DNA of 49,898 nucleotides from an uncultured Bacilli bacterium (GCA_944363855.1 CALVVM010000035.1:1-49898); one strand, 5' to 3'. Counted from the stretch's first letter, positions 33,844 through 43,368 are shown. A program made the numbers and translations. Notes: generated from the sequence alone by a model not told the origin.

Positions 33844-34218
33844 TTAATCTTTTTGTGGATAAAATTGTGGAACAGTATTTATTTCTTCATCAAATTTTAT
33901 AAAGTTAACATAAATCATCAAAAGTAAGTACCAATTACCTGTATTAGGGTCACTTAAAATAATATGATCTCTACCTGACTCTTCAATAATTCCAGTAAAT
34001 ATTCGATCTTTCCATTCACCAGCATCCGCAAAAGATTGGTAAACAGAAACTCTTTTTCCTTTATTTACTCTAAGTATATTTTCTATATAAGATTGTTCAT
34101 CTGGAATATATTCATTCATTGAGGTATTAGCTAAACTTTGATTAGGAGTAGCTATATTACCTGAATAAATAGGTGCTCCCTGAAAATTTGAGTTAGTATT
34201 TAAATAATTATTATTCAT
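33844..34218 (-). CDS. gerQ: spore coat protein GerQ
   Basis: SYIENILRVNKGKRVSVYQSF...GIIEESGRDHIILSDPNTGNWYLLLMIYVNFIKFDEEI matches the conserved GerQ (YwdL) core as I recall it. Confidence 0.7.
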   Translation of the reverse strand: MNNNYLNTNSNFQGAPIYSGNIATPNQSLANTSMNEYIPDEQSYIENILRVNKGKRVSVYQSFADAGEWKDRIFTGIIEESGRDHIILSDPNTGNWYLLLMIYVNFIKFDEEINTVPQFYPQKD

Positions 34219-34287
34219 AAAATCATCCTTTCTTTAAAATATATTTTAAAATTTAGGAAAATATGCTATAATTGTTTTGGTGATGAT

Positions 34288-34851
34288 ATGAAAGTTAGCA
34301 TTGGAGTATCAAATAGACATGTTCATTTAACTAAAGAACATTTAGAGGCGTTGTTTGGCGAGAGTTATGAACTAGAGAAAAAAAGTGATTTAACTCAACC
34401 AGGCATGTTTGCATCTAATTCTTTGGTTACTATAAAAACTTCAAAAAGCGAAATAGAAAATGTAAGAATAGTTGGGCCTGTTAGAAATTATACACAAGTA
34501 GAAATAAGTAAAACAGATGCTTATAAATTGGGGATAAATCCACCAATTAGAAATTCTGGAGATGTAAGTGGTAGCAGTCCAATAACTATTATAGGCCCTG
34601 TTGGTACTTTGAATCTTGAAGAAGGTTGTATAATTCCAACTAGACATATCCATATTCTTCCAAATCAGCTTAAGATGTATGGACTTGAAGGAAGAGATGA
34701 AGTAAGTGTAAAAGTAGATGGAGAAAAAGGTGGTATACTCAATAATGTACATTTAAAAGTTAGTGAAGATTCTTTCTTCGAATTACACTTAGATACTGAT
34801 GATGCCAATGCACATTTAATAAAAAATGGAGATATAGGAGAGATTATATGA
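34288..34851 (+). CDS. pduL: phosphate propanoyltransferase PduL-like
   Basis: IGVSNRHVHLTKEHLEALFG and VRIVGPVRNYTQVEISKTDAYKLGINPPIRNSGD are PduL hallmarks. Confidence 0.8.
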   Translation: MKVSIGVSNRHVHLTKEHLEALFGESYELEKKSDLTQPGMFASNSLVTIKTSKSEIENVRIVGPVRNYTQVEISKTDAYKLGINPPIRNSGDVSGSSPITIIGPVGTLNLEEGCIIPTRHIHILPNQLKMYGLEGRDEVSVKVDGEKGGILNNVHLKVSEDSFFELHLDTDDANAHLIKNGDIGEII

Positions 34852-35855
34852 AAAAAGTAAAATATTTAGTATTTCTTTTAGGTATATTTTTAATACTAAG
34901 TTCTAATGTATTAGGACTTGAATGTAAATATTCAGATGGAAGGTTAACTGCAACTTTCACTATTAACGAAAAAAAGAATAAAGCAAGTGATGCAACGATA
35001 AATGGAACACTTACATCAACAGATGAAACGAATATAAAAAATAAAAAGCAAGGTATAGAAAATTGGGATAGTATTTTCAAACCTGCAGATATAAGAGCTA
35101 AAGGTGCTGATTATTATGCAAATCATAAAGATTGTCCACCTTTTGCAATATTTGTAGATAGAAAAGGACAATTCGACTTTGCTGTATTTACAGAGTCACA
35201 TAAATCTGAGTTTGAAAATTATGGTAAGAGTAAGCAAGGATACGCTATTATGCCTTTAGTTTCTAGTACTAAAGATCCAGTAAAAGATGGAACAGATAAT
35301 GATTATGAAGGTGGTTCTTGTGCTGAATATACTGAAAAAACAGCATGTGAAAATAATCAATATTTTGCTTGTATTTGGAATGAAACTGAATATGGCAATT
35401 ATTGTAATACAGATAATTTATTATATGTATCTTGTGGTGATGCATTTGATATACCTCATCAAGTACCAGAACTAATAAGTTTCTTAGTTAATTTACTTAA
35501 AATAGCTACTCCAATAATATTAATCTTTGTTAGTGTTATAACTTTATTTAAGGCTATTGTGGCTTCTAAGGAAGATGAAATTAAGAAAGCACAATCTTCT
35601 TTAATAAAAAAAATAATTGCCGCTGTAATGGTATTCTTTGTTATATCTATAGTACAATTTGTAATTTCAAAAGTAGCTGATAGTTCAGAACAAGGTGGAA
35701 TGGAATCTTGTCTATCATGTTTCTTAAATAATAAATTTTCTAATGATAACGATGGTTGTAAAAAGAGTATGTATTATAAGACAAATATAGGAGGAACATA
35801 TATTTGTACATGGATTGACAATGGTAAAACATTTACTTGTAAAGGTAATAGATAG
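34848..35855 (+). CDS. secreted Cys-rich protein with a VirB2-like two-helix module (dispersed paralogue 6)
   Basis: ATGA overlap with the pduL stop and RBS AGGAG 7 nt upstream. Signal peptide and a ~190-aa Cys-rich domain, then SCGDAFDIPHQVPELISFLVNLLKIATPIILIFVSVITLFKAIVASKEDEIKKAQ...VMVFFVISIVQFV...CLSCFLNN and a further Cys-rich tail. Confidence 0.5.
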   Translation: MKKVKYLVFLLGIFLILSSNVLGLECKYSDGRLTATFTINEKKNKASDATINGTLTSTDETNIKNKKQGIENWDSIFKPADIRAKGADYYANHKDCPPFAIFVDRKGQFDFAVFTESHKSEFENYGKSKQGYAIMPLVSSTKDPVKDGTDNDYEGGSCAEYTEKTACENNQYFACIWNETEYGNYCNTDNLLYVSCGDAFDIPHQVPELISFLVNLLKIATPIILIFVSVITLFKAIVASKEDEIKKAQSSLIKKIIAAVMVFFVISIVQFVISKVADSSEQGGMESCLSCFLNNKFSNDNDGCKKSMYYKTNIGGTYICTWIDNGKTFTCKGNR

Positions 35856-35856
35856 A

Positions 35857-35885
35857 TTGACAAAAAGTATTTAATATGATAATAT
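35857..35885 (+). promoter_or_regulatory. sigma-A-like promoter TTGACA-N17-TAATAT (TG at -14/-15)
   Basis: TTGACA at 35857-35862, a 17-nt spacer ending in TGA, and TAATAT at 35880-35885. Confidence 0.45.
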
Positions 35886-35888
35886 TAA

Positions 35889-35914
35889 GGCGTCTTTAAG
35901 AAGGCGTCTTTTTT
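35889..35914 (+). terminator. strand-specific terminator or attenuator hairpin with G-U wobbles
   Basis: As RNA, GGCGUCUU (35889-35896) pairs with AAGGCGUC (35901-35908): 8 bp including 2 G-U pairs, loop UAAG, then U6. At the DNA level it looks like a direct repeat of AAGGCGTCTT. Confidence 0.45.
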
Positions 35915-35932
35915 GTATATGAAGGTGATAGT

Positions 35933-36799
35933 ATGTCAAAAATATTAACTATTCCATCTAATATAAATGAAATAGAAAAAACTAAGACTATAGTAGATGG
36001 ATTTATAATAGGTATAAAAGATATGTGTGTAAATACTAATTTTTGTATTGATATGGCAGAGTTAGATTTATTAAACAAGTTAAAAGATAAGGATATTTTT
36101 ATAAGTTTAAATAAAAATATGCATAATAAAGATTTAGAAACAGTTAAAGAAATATTAATAAAACTAAATAATTATAATATAAAAGGTGTATTATATTATG
36201 ATGTAGGTGTATTAAATATATATAATAAATTAGATTTAAATTATGACTTAGTATGGTCTCAAGAACACTTAACAACCAATTACAATACAATAAATTATTG
36301 GAATAAGATGGGTGCTAAATATGCATATATATCAAGTGATATAACAGAAGAAGAAATAATTAAAATAACAGAGAATAGTAAAAGTAAATTATTAGTTACA
36401 TTATTTGGATATTTACCTATGTTTGTATCAAAAAGACATATTATCAAAAACTATTTAGAATATTTTAAACTTAATGATGAATCAAATATTAACTATATAG
36501 AAAAAGAAGATAAAACATATCCAATAATAGATAATTCTATTGGAACACAAGTTTATTCAAATAATATATTAAATGGAATTAAAAGTAGTTTAAATATAAA
36601 TGTAGATTATATAATACTTAATAGTTTTGGAATTGAATTAGATAAATTTATAAATATTATAGAAATGTTTAAAACTGTTAATAAAGATAATGTAGAAGAA
36701 TATAATGAAAAAATAAATAGTATGTTTACTAATGTAGACTATGGATTTTTAAATACTAAAACAATATATAGGGTGAAGAAAAATGATAAAAAAGCCTGA
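35933..36799 (+). CDS. U32-family peptidase-like protein (YrrN-like partner subunit)
   Basis: 288-aa ORF overlapping the canonical U32 gene downstream. The arrangement resembles B. subtilis yrrN-yrrO. Confidence 0.55.
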   Translation: MSKILTIPSNINEIEKTKTIVDGFIIGIKDMCVNTNFCIDMAELDLLNKLKDKDIFISLNKNMHNKDLETVKEILIKLNNYNIKGVLYYDVGVLNIYNKLDLNYDLVWSQEHLTTNYNTINYWNKMGAKYAYISSDITEEEIIKITENSKSKLLVTLFGYLPMFVSKRHIIKNYLEYFKLNDESNINYIEKEDKTYPIIDNSIGTQVYSNNILNGIKSSLNINVDYIILNSFGIELDKFINIIEMFKTVNKDNVEEYNEKINSMFTNVDYGFLNTKTIYRVKKNDKKA

Positions 36800-37979
36800 G
36801 TTATTAGCTCCTGCAGGAGATTTAGAAAGATTAAAAATTGCTTTAAAATATGGAGCGGATGCAGTATACATAGGTGGGCCTTTATTAAATTTAAGAGCTA
36901 ATGCGATTAACTTTACATTTGATGAAATTAAAGAAGGTGTAGAGTTTGCGCATTCTCTAAATAAAAAGGTGTATGTTACTGTAAATATAGTTCTTCATAA
37001 TGAAGAATTAGAAGAGTTAGAAGAGTATTTAAAAAATCTAGAAGAGTGTAAAGTAGATGCTATTATAGTAAGTGATCCTATAGTAGTAAAAGAAGTATTA
37101 TCGAAAACTAATTTAGAAGTACACCTATCAACACAAGCCTCTACTATAAATAAAGAAGCTTGTGAGTTTTGGAAAAACCAAGGGGTAACTAGAATAGTTT
37201 TAGGTCGTGAATGTACTAAAGAAGAAATAAAAGAAATAATAGACAACGTAGATATTGAAATAGAAACATTTATTCATGGAGCTATGTGTGCTGGATATAG
37301 TGGTAGATGTGTAATGTCTAATTTCTTGACTAATAGAGATGCTAATCGTGGTGGATGTAGTCAAATATGTAGATGGGACTTTGATTTGTTAAATGAAAAT
37401 AAAGAACAAATAAAAGGAGAAATGCCATTTACATTCTGTTCTAAAGATTTATCTATGTTAAAATATATACCTGATATGATAGATATGGGAATAACATCTT
37501 TTAAAATAGAAGGCAGAATGAGAAGTGTATATTATATTGCTACAGTAATATCAATATATAGAAAAGTTATTGATGAATATTGTGACAAAAAATATGAATA
37601 TACATATAATAAGTTAAATGAATTGATACTTAGAAGATGTGCGAATAGAGATTCAGTACCACAATTCTTTGACGGGGTATATGATTCAAGATGTAGTTAT
37701 TATAATGGTAGAGTAGAGGTATCTAATCAAGACTTTTTAGGAATAGTACTTGATTATGATAAAGAAACTAATATTGCTACAATAGAACAAAGAAATTACT
37801 TTAAAACAGGTGATGTTGTAGAAATATTTGGTCCTAAACATAATATAATTACATATAGATTAGAAAAAATATTTGATGAAGATGGTAACGAAATAGATGT
37901 AGTTAGACATCCAAAACAAATAGTTAAAATTAAAATAGAAGATACTCTTAATGTAGATGATATGATAAGAGTTAACTAG
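36783..37979 (+). CDS. U32-family peptidase (YrrO/YegQ-like; this family is implicated in tRNA U34 hydroxylation)
   Basis: N-terminus KPELLAPAGDLERLKIALKYGADAVYIGG, Cys cluster HGAMCAGYSGRCVMS, and SFKIEGRMRS. Confidence 0.8.
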   Translation: MIKKPELLAPAGDLERLKIALKYGADAVYIGGPLLNLRANAINFTFDEIKEGVEFAHSLNKKVYVTVNIVLHNEELEELEEYLKNLEECKVDAIIVSDPIVVKEVLSKTNLEVHLSTQASTINKEACEFWKNQGVTRIVLGRECTKEEIKEIIDNVDIEIETFIHGAMCAGYSGRCVMSNFLTNRDANRGGCSQICRWDFDLLNENKEQIKGEMPFTFCSKDLSMLKYIPDMIDMGITSFKIEGRMRSVYYIATVISIYRKVIDEYCDKKYEYTYNKLNELILRRCANRDSVPQFFDGVYDSRCSYYNGRVEVSNQDFLGIVLDYDKETNIATIEQRNYFKTGDVVEIFGPKHNIITYRLEKIFDEDGNEIDVVRHPKQIVKIKIEDTLNVDDMIRVN

Positions 37980-38055
37980 TTTAGGAAATGGTTGACAAAA
38001 TAATAAATATGTAGTATTATTTTGTAGGTTTACGAAAAAGAATGAGGTGAACAAA

Positions 38056-38526
38056 ATGTCAAAAGAAAAAGAATTATATTTAACACAAGAAGGATTGGAT
38101 GAATTAAGAAAGGAACTTGATGAGTTAATACAAGTTAAACGTCCAGAAGTTATAATTGCTTTAAAAGATGCTAGAGCTCAAGGAGACTTAAGTGAAAATG
38201 CTGAATATGATGCAGCTAGAACTGAACAAGCTATTGTTGAATCTAGAATTAAAGAATTAGAAGCTATGCTTGAAAGGGCTGTTATTATCACTAAAGTTGA
38301 TACTGACGTAGTATCTATTGGTACTAAAGTTACTTTAGAATATGTAGATGATGAAGAAGAGGAAGAATATTCTATAGTAGGTAGTAGTGAAGCAGATCCT
38401 TTCACAAATAAAATATCTAATGAATCTCCAATCGCAAAAGCTATTATGGGTTTAAAGGTAGGAAGTGTTGTTTCTGTTGAAAGCCCAAATGGCAAATATG
38501 ATGTTAAAATATTAGCTATAAATTAA
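38056..38526 (+). CDS. greA: transcription elongation factor GreA
   Basis: Start at ATG 38056 behind GAGGTGA. YLTQEGLDELRKELDEL...ARAQGDLSENAEYDAAR is canonical GreA. 156 aa. Confidence 0.9.
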   Translation: MSKEKELYLTQEGLDELRKELDELIQVKRPEVIIALKDARAQGDLSENAEYDAARTEQAIVESRIKELEAMLERAVIITKVDTDVVSIGTKVTLEYVDDEEEEEYSIVGSSEADPFTNKISNESPIAKAIMGLKVGSVVSVESPNGKYDVKILAIN

Positions 38527-38548
38527 AAGTTGCTTTGCAACTTTTTTT
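38525..38548 (+). terminator. rho-independent terminator
   Basis: AAGTTGC-TTT-GCAACTT followed by T7, directly after greA. Confidence 0.65.
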
Positions 38549-38604
38549 CTTTACTTAGAAGTATTAGAGTGTTATAATTTAAATAGAATAGTAGAGGTGA
38601 TTGT

Positions 38605-39291
38605 ATGTTTAGAAAAGCTATTTTAATAATACATGGATTTGCAGGTGGTACTTATGATGAAGAACAGCTTGCAAACTATTTAGAACTTAATAGAGATTTT
38701 GATGTATTTCAGTTTACTCTCCCGGGTCATGAAAGGAATTTAAGTAAAGTTGAATATCATGAGTGGATTAGTGCTAGTGAAAAACAAGTAGAGTGGTTAA
38801 TAAAAAATGGATATAGTAAAATTTATTTAATTGGTCATAGTATGGGTGGGGTAATTGCTACCTATCTATCAGTTAAATATAAACAAGTAAAGAAATTAGT
38901 TTTAGCTGCTCCAGCATTCCACTACTTAAATGTTATAAAAGATGATCTAAATGTTAGCAAATCTCTTAAAGCTGCTCCTAAAATAATAAAAGACTATGGT
39001 GGAGATGAGATAATAGCTAGAATATTAAAACTTAATGTATCTGTTTTAAAAGAGTTTATGAATTTAGTAAAAGAATATTATGATTATCCAAAAGAGTTAA
39101 CTTGTAAACTTTTAATTTTACAAGGAAAAAGTGATAATCTAGTACCTGTTTCATCAAGCGAATATGTTTATGAAAGTGCAAAATCTAAAGATAAAAAATT
39201 AGTTCTTTTAGATGATGTAACACATGATATATTTAGAACAGAAAAGAAAGATGAAATATTTAAAATAGTAGAAAGATTTTTAAAATATTAG
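38605..39291 (+). CDS. alpha/beta-hydrolase carboxylesterase (YvaK/Est-like)
   Basis: ILIIHGFAGG, nucleophile elbow GHSMGG, and C-terminal D...H (SDNLVP, THDIF). 228 aa. Confidence 0.65.
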   Translation: MFRKAILIIHGFAGGTYDEEQLANYLELNRDFDVFQFTLPGHERNLSKVEYHEWISASEKQVEWLIKNGYSKIYLIGHSMGGVIATYLSVKYKQVKKLVLAAPAFHYLNVIKDDLNVSKSLKAAPKIIKDYGGDEIIARILKLNVSVLKEFMNLVKEYYDYPKELTCKLLILQGKSDNLVPVSSSEYVYESAKSKDKKLVLLDDVTHDIFRTEKKDEIFKIVERFLKY

Positions 39292-39299
39292 GTGATATT

Positions 39300-39476
39300 A
39301 TGACAGAAGAAGAAGCAAGGAAAGCACTTTTTGATATACGTTTAGAATATATGATGCATACTCCTAAAGAAAAAGAAGAATTATATGAAGAATATGAAAA
39401 GAAACTTAATATTATAAGGAAAGAACTTGCTAAAGCTATAAGAGAACGAAAAGAAAAAGAATTAAAGATAAAATAA
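39300..39476 (+). CDS. small helical charged protein (58 aa), not in the supplied ORF track
   Basis: ATG 39300 lies 4 nt after GGTGA. Encodes MTEEEARKALFDIRLEYMMHTPKEKEELYEEYEKKLNIIRKELAKAIRERKEKELKIK. Stop TAA 39474-39476 is followed by a terminator. Confidence 0.4.
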   Translation: MTEEEARKALFDIRLEYMMHTPKEKEELYEEYEKKLNIIRKELAKAIRERKEKELKIK

Positions 39477-39498
39477 TCATTTTGATTATTTTATTTTT
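39470..39498 (+). terminator. rho-independent terminator
   Basis: AAAATAATC (39470-39478) / GATTATTTT (39484-39492) followed by ATTTTT. Confidence 0.55.
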
Positions 39499-39531
39499 GT
39501 GTTATAATAGGTACGTCGTGGAGATGATTTT

Positions 39532-40554
39532 ATGAAAACTGATGATTTTGATTTTTATTTGCCTGAAAAATTAATCGCACAAACACCTTTAGAAAAAAGA
39601 GATTCATCTAGATTACTTGTGCTTGATAAAGAAACTGGAAATATAACTCATGAATCTTTTTCAAATATAATAAATTATTTAAATGAAGGAGATATTCTTG
39701 TTTTAAATGATACAAAAGTAATGCCTGCTCGTATTTTAGGAACGAAAGAAGATACTGGAGCAGTTATAGAACTTTTAATGCTTAAAGAAACAGAAAAAGA
39801 TACTTGGGAAGTATTAAGTAAACCAGCAAAAAGAATTAAAATAGGTACTGTAGTTAAATTTTCTGACAAGTTAAAAGCAGAATGTATAGGTCTTGGCGAA
39901 GAAGGTATTAGAATATTTAAATTTATCTATGATGGAATATTCTATGAAATATTAGATGAATTAGGAGAGATGCCTTTACCACCCTATATCCATGAAAAAC
40001 TTAAAGATAAAGATAGATATCAAACAGTGTATGCTAAAAACATAGGAAGTGCAGCTGCTCCAACAGCAGGCTTACACTTTACAAAAGAACTTATGAATAA
40101 AATAAAAGAAAAAGGTATAAGAATAGAATATATAACTCTTCATGTAGGTCTTGGAACATTCAGACCTGTAAGTGTAGAAGATGTAACTAATCATAAGATG
40201 CATAGTGAATTTTATCAAATGAGTAGTGAAACTGCTAAAGTATTAAATGAGGCAAAGAAAAATAATAATAGAATAATAAGTGTAGGAACAACTTCTACAA
40301 GAACTTTAGAAACAATAATGAATTTATATGGAGAGTTTAAAGAATGTAGTGGATGGACTGATATATTTATATATCCAGGATATAAATTTAAAGCAATTAC
40401 TTCTTTAATAACAAACTTCCATTTGCCAAAAAGTACTTTAATTATGTTAGTAAGTGCTTTAGCTGGTAAAGAAAATATAATGAATGCATATGGTGAAGCA
40501 GTAAGAAATGAATATAGATTTTTCTCTTTTGGAGATAGTATGTTCATAAAGTAG
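39532..40554 (+). CDS. queA: S-adenosylmethionine:tRNA ribosyltransferase-isomerase QueA
   Basis: [38 protein letters not shown] and TAGLHFT are canonical QueA motifs. Confidence 0.9.
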   Translation: MKTDDFDFYLPEKLIAQTPLEKRDSSRLLVLDKETGNITHESFSNIINYLNEGDILVLNDTKVMPARILGTKEDTGAVIELLMLKETEKDTWEVLSKPAKRIKIGTVVKFSDKLKAECIGLGEEGIRIFKFIYDGIFYEILDELGEMPLPPYIHEKLKDKDRYQTVYAKNIGSAAAPTAGLHFTKELMNKIKEKGIRIEYITLHVGLGTFRPVSVEDVTNHKMHSEFYQMSSETAKVLNEAKKNNNRIISVGTTSTRTLETIMNLYGEFKECSGWTDIFIYPGYKFKAITSLITNFHLPKSTLIMLVSALAGKENIMNAYGEAVRNEYRFFSFGDSMFIK

Positions 40555-40560
40555 GTGTGT

Positions 40561-41229
40561 ATGAATTTGGAAGACTTTATAAGTAAAAAATTATTAAAAG
40601 AAGGAACAACAGCTAAATGCTTTTTGCTTCAAAACGGAAATGTTTTTAAACAATTTAATAATCCTTTAAGTATAAGTGATGTAGAAAGATTTAAGTATTT
40701 TTTGAACTTTGAAAATGAAAGTATTTTATTTCCTTTTGATTTTATTTATGATAATAAAAAGTTTTATGGATATGTTACAAAAAGAGCATTTGGTCAAACT
40801 TTAAGAGAATCTTTTTCTAGCAATAATTTAGAAAGATTATCCACACATTCTATAAAAACAGAAAAAAATATAGATTTTGTATCACAAGGTAAAATATTGA
40901 TGCACGATCTTCACTCTGATAATGTTATTTATGATGGTAATTTAGTTCAAATAATAGATCCAGATGAATATGGGATAAGAGATATTTATGCTGTAGATGA
41001 AATAAAAGATATTAATTTTAAATATTATCGAACTCTTATATCTAACTTATTTATTACAAATATAGGAATAAATAAAAATACGCAGTATATTATTGATAAA
41101 ATAAATTTTCATAAATATACAGGATATAGGGCTAGTGAAGTTATAATAAATATAAAAGAAGAGATGGAAAAATATGCAAAGGAAACAATAAATACAGTAG
41201 ATGATTTTAATAGAATTATAAGAAAGTAG
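40561..41229 (+). CDS. protein-kinase-like fold protein (APH/CotS-like), function unknown
   Basis: Start at ATG 40561 behind AGGTG. Catalytic-loop-like HDLHSDNVIY (HxDxxxxN) and metal-binding-like IIDPDEY. Packed between queA and miaA. Confidence 0.45.
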   Translation: MNLEDFISKKLLKEGTTAKCFLLQNGNVFKQFNNPLSISDVERFKYFLNFENESILFPFDFIYDNKKFYGYVTKRAFGQTLRESFSSNNLERLSTHSIKTEKNIDFVSQGKILMHDLHSDNVIYDGNLVQIIDPDEYGIRDIYAVDEIKDINFKYYRTLISNLFITNIGINKNTQYIIDKINFHKYTGYRASEVIINIKEEMEKYAKETINTVDDFNRIIRK

Positions 41230-42119
41230 TGAATAGTATGCAAAAGGTTATATGTATAGTAGGTCCTACAGGAGTAGGTAAAACAAAACTTAGTATTGAG
41301 CTTGCTAAAAAATTAAATGGTGAGATTATAAATGCAGATAGTACTCAAGTATATAAAGGTATGGATATTGCTACTGCTAAAGTAACAGAAGAAGAAAAAG
41401 AAGGTATAGTTCATTATCTTTTTGACATTAAAGAAATAGAAGAAAATTATACAGTTTTTGATTATCAAAAAGATTGTAGATTAAAAATAAAAGAAATAGA
41501 AGAAAAAGGTAAAATGCCTATATTAGTAGGTGGTACAGGTCTTTATATAAAAGCTGCTTTATATGATTATAAGTTTGAAGACGAAAATATACTAAATGAA
41601 TATAGTGAATACACTGATGAAGAATTATATAATAAATTACTAAGTATAGATCCTAATACAGAAATACATATGAATAATAGAAAAAGAGTAATAAGAGCTC
41701 TAAACTACTATGATAATACTAACACTACTTTAAGTAGTAAAGAAAAAACAAATAAATTATTATATGATGTTATGTTTGTTGGACTTACTACTGAAAGAGA
41801 AATACTTTATGATAGAATAAATAAAAGAGTAGATATAATGCTTGAAAATGGATTATTAGAAGAAGCAAAAAAAATATATGATACTAATATAAGAAGTAAA
41901 GCAGTATTAACTCCTATAGGTTATAAAGAATTATTTGAATATTTTGATGGTAAATCTACTTTAGAAGAATCTATAGAACTAATAAAACAGAGAAGTAGAA
42001 AGTATGCTAAAAGACAATATACTTGGAATAATCATCAAATACCTGTTAATTGGTTTGATGTAGATTTTAATAACTTTGATAATACAGTTAAAGAAGTAAT
42101 AGATTTTATAAATAAGTAA
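41229..42119 (+). CDS. miaA: tRNA dimethylallyltransferase MiaA
   Basis: P-loop GPTGVGKTKLSIELAK, then INADSTQVYKGMDIATAK and ILVGGTGLY. An alternative start at ATG 41238 is equally plausible. Confidence 0.9.
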   Translation: MNSMQKVICIVGPTGVGKTKLSIELAKKLNGEIINADSTQVYKGMDIATAKVTEEEKEGIVHYLFDIKEIEENYTVFDYQKDCRLKIKEIEEKGKMPILVGGTGLYIKAALYDYKFEDENILNEYSEYTDEELYNKLLSIDPNTEIHMNNRKRVIRALNYYDNTNTTLSSKEKTNKLLYDVMFVGLTTEREILYDRINKRVDIMLENGLLEEAKKIYDTNIRSKAVLTPIGYKELFEYFDGKSTLEESIELIKQRSRKYAKRQYTWNNHQIPVNWFDVDFNNFDNTVKEVIDFINK

Positions 42120-42143
42120 AAAGTAATTTACTTATTTTTTTTT
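42111..42143 (+). terminator. rho-independent terminator
   Basis: AATAAGTAAA (42111-42120) / TTTACTTATT (42127-42136) followed by T7. Confidence 0.7.
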
Positions 42144-42180
42144 AAGTGCTATAATTTAGTAGGAAAATAGGAGGTATATT

Positions 42181-43368
42181 ATGAGATGTGTTGGTACTGT
42201 TGTTAGGGGTATTAGAACTCCAATAATTAAAGAAAATGATGATTTAGCTAATATAGTAGTTGATTCACTTATTAAGGCTAAGGAAAATGAAGGATTTGAG
42301 TTTAGAGATAGAGATATAGTCGCTGTTACTGAAGCAGTAGTAGGAATAAGTGAAGGTAATTATGTAACTGTTGATGATATTGCTTTAGATTTACAAAATA
42401 AGTTTCCATCTAAAAATATAGGCGTAGTATTTCCAATATTAAGTAGAAATAGATTTTCTATGATTTTAAAAGGAATTGCTCGTGGTATGGATAAGATAAC
42501 TATGTTACTTAGTTTTCCATCTGATGAAGTTGGTAATGGAATATTAGATGAAGATATACTAGATAAAAGCAAATTTAATTTAAGCAGTGTTATTAGCGAA
42601 GATGATTATAAAGAAACTTTTAGTTCGTATATTCATCCTTTTACTGGTATAAATATGGTAGATTTTTATAGAGATTTAATAGAAAGTGAAAATTGCGAAG
42701 TAGAATTTGTATTTGCTAATGATACAAAAGTAATATTAAATTATACAAAAGATGTTTTAACTTGTGATATTCATACTAGATACAGAACTAAAAAGATGTT
42801 AAAAGAAAATGGTGCAGAAACTATTTATGGCCTATATGAAATTATGAATAAACCTATAAATGGTAGTGGATTTAATCCTAGTTATGGACTACTTGGATCA
42901 AATAAATCAACTGAAGAAAGATTAAAATTATTTCCTAAAACAGGAGATAAATTAGTTATAGATATACAAAATAAATTAAAAGAATTAACAGGTAAAACAG
43001 TAGAAGTAATGGTATATGGAGATGGAGCTTTTAAAGATCCTGTAGGACATATTTGGGAACTTGCTGATCCAGTTGTTTCACCTGCCCATACGGAAGGTTT
43101 AAATGGTACTCCAAATGAATTAAAATTAAAATACATCTCAGATAATAAGTTTGCTGATTTAAAAGGTGATGAGCTAAAAGAAGCAATAAAAAAAGAAATA
43201 AAACAAAAAGAAAGTAATTTAGTGGGAAATATGTTATCTCAAGGAACTACTCCTAGAAGACTTACTGACTTAATTGGATCATTATGTGATTTAACTAGTG
43301 GTAGTGGAGATAAAGGAACTCCTGTAGTATTTATCCAAGGTTATTTTGATAATTTATCAAATGATTAG
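42181..43368 (+). CDS. CofE-like (F420-0:gamma-glutamyl ligase family) protein
   Basis: RGIRTPIIKENDDLANIVV...RDIVAVTEAVVGISEGNYV resembles the CofE/FbiB N-terminal fold pattern. 395 aa. Assigned from memory only. Confidence 0.4.
   Translation: MRCVGTVVRGIRTPIIKENDDLANIVVDSLIKAKENEGFEFRDRDIVAVTEAVVGISEGNYVTVDDIALDLQNKFPSKNIGVVFPILSRNRFSMILKGIARGMDKITMLLSFPSDEVGNGILDEDILDKSKFNLSSVISEDDYKETFSSYIHPFTGINMVDFYRDLIESENCEVEFVFANDTKVILNYTKDVLTCDIHTRYRTKKMLKENGAETIYGLYEIMNKPINGSGFNPSYGLLGSNKSTEERLKLFPKTGDKLVIDIQNKLKELTGKTVEVMVYGDGAFKDPVGHIWELADPVVSPAHTEGLNGTPNELKLKYISDNKFADLKGDELKEAIKKEIKQKESNLVGNMLSQGTTPRRLTDLIGSLCDLTSGSGDKGTPVVFIQGYFDNLSND

Noticed and set aside
35887-35910. Direct repeat AAGGCGTCTT x2 read as a tandem protein-binding site
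   Set aside because: On the plus-strand RNA the two copies pair with each other through G-U wobbles and are followed by U6. A terminator or attenuator hairpin is the simpler reading, and it is kept as a finding in that form.
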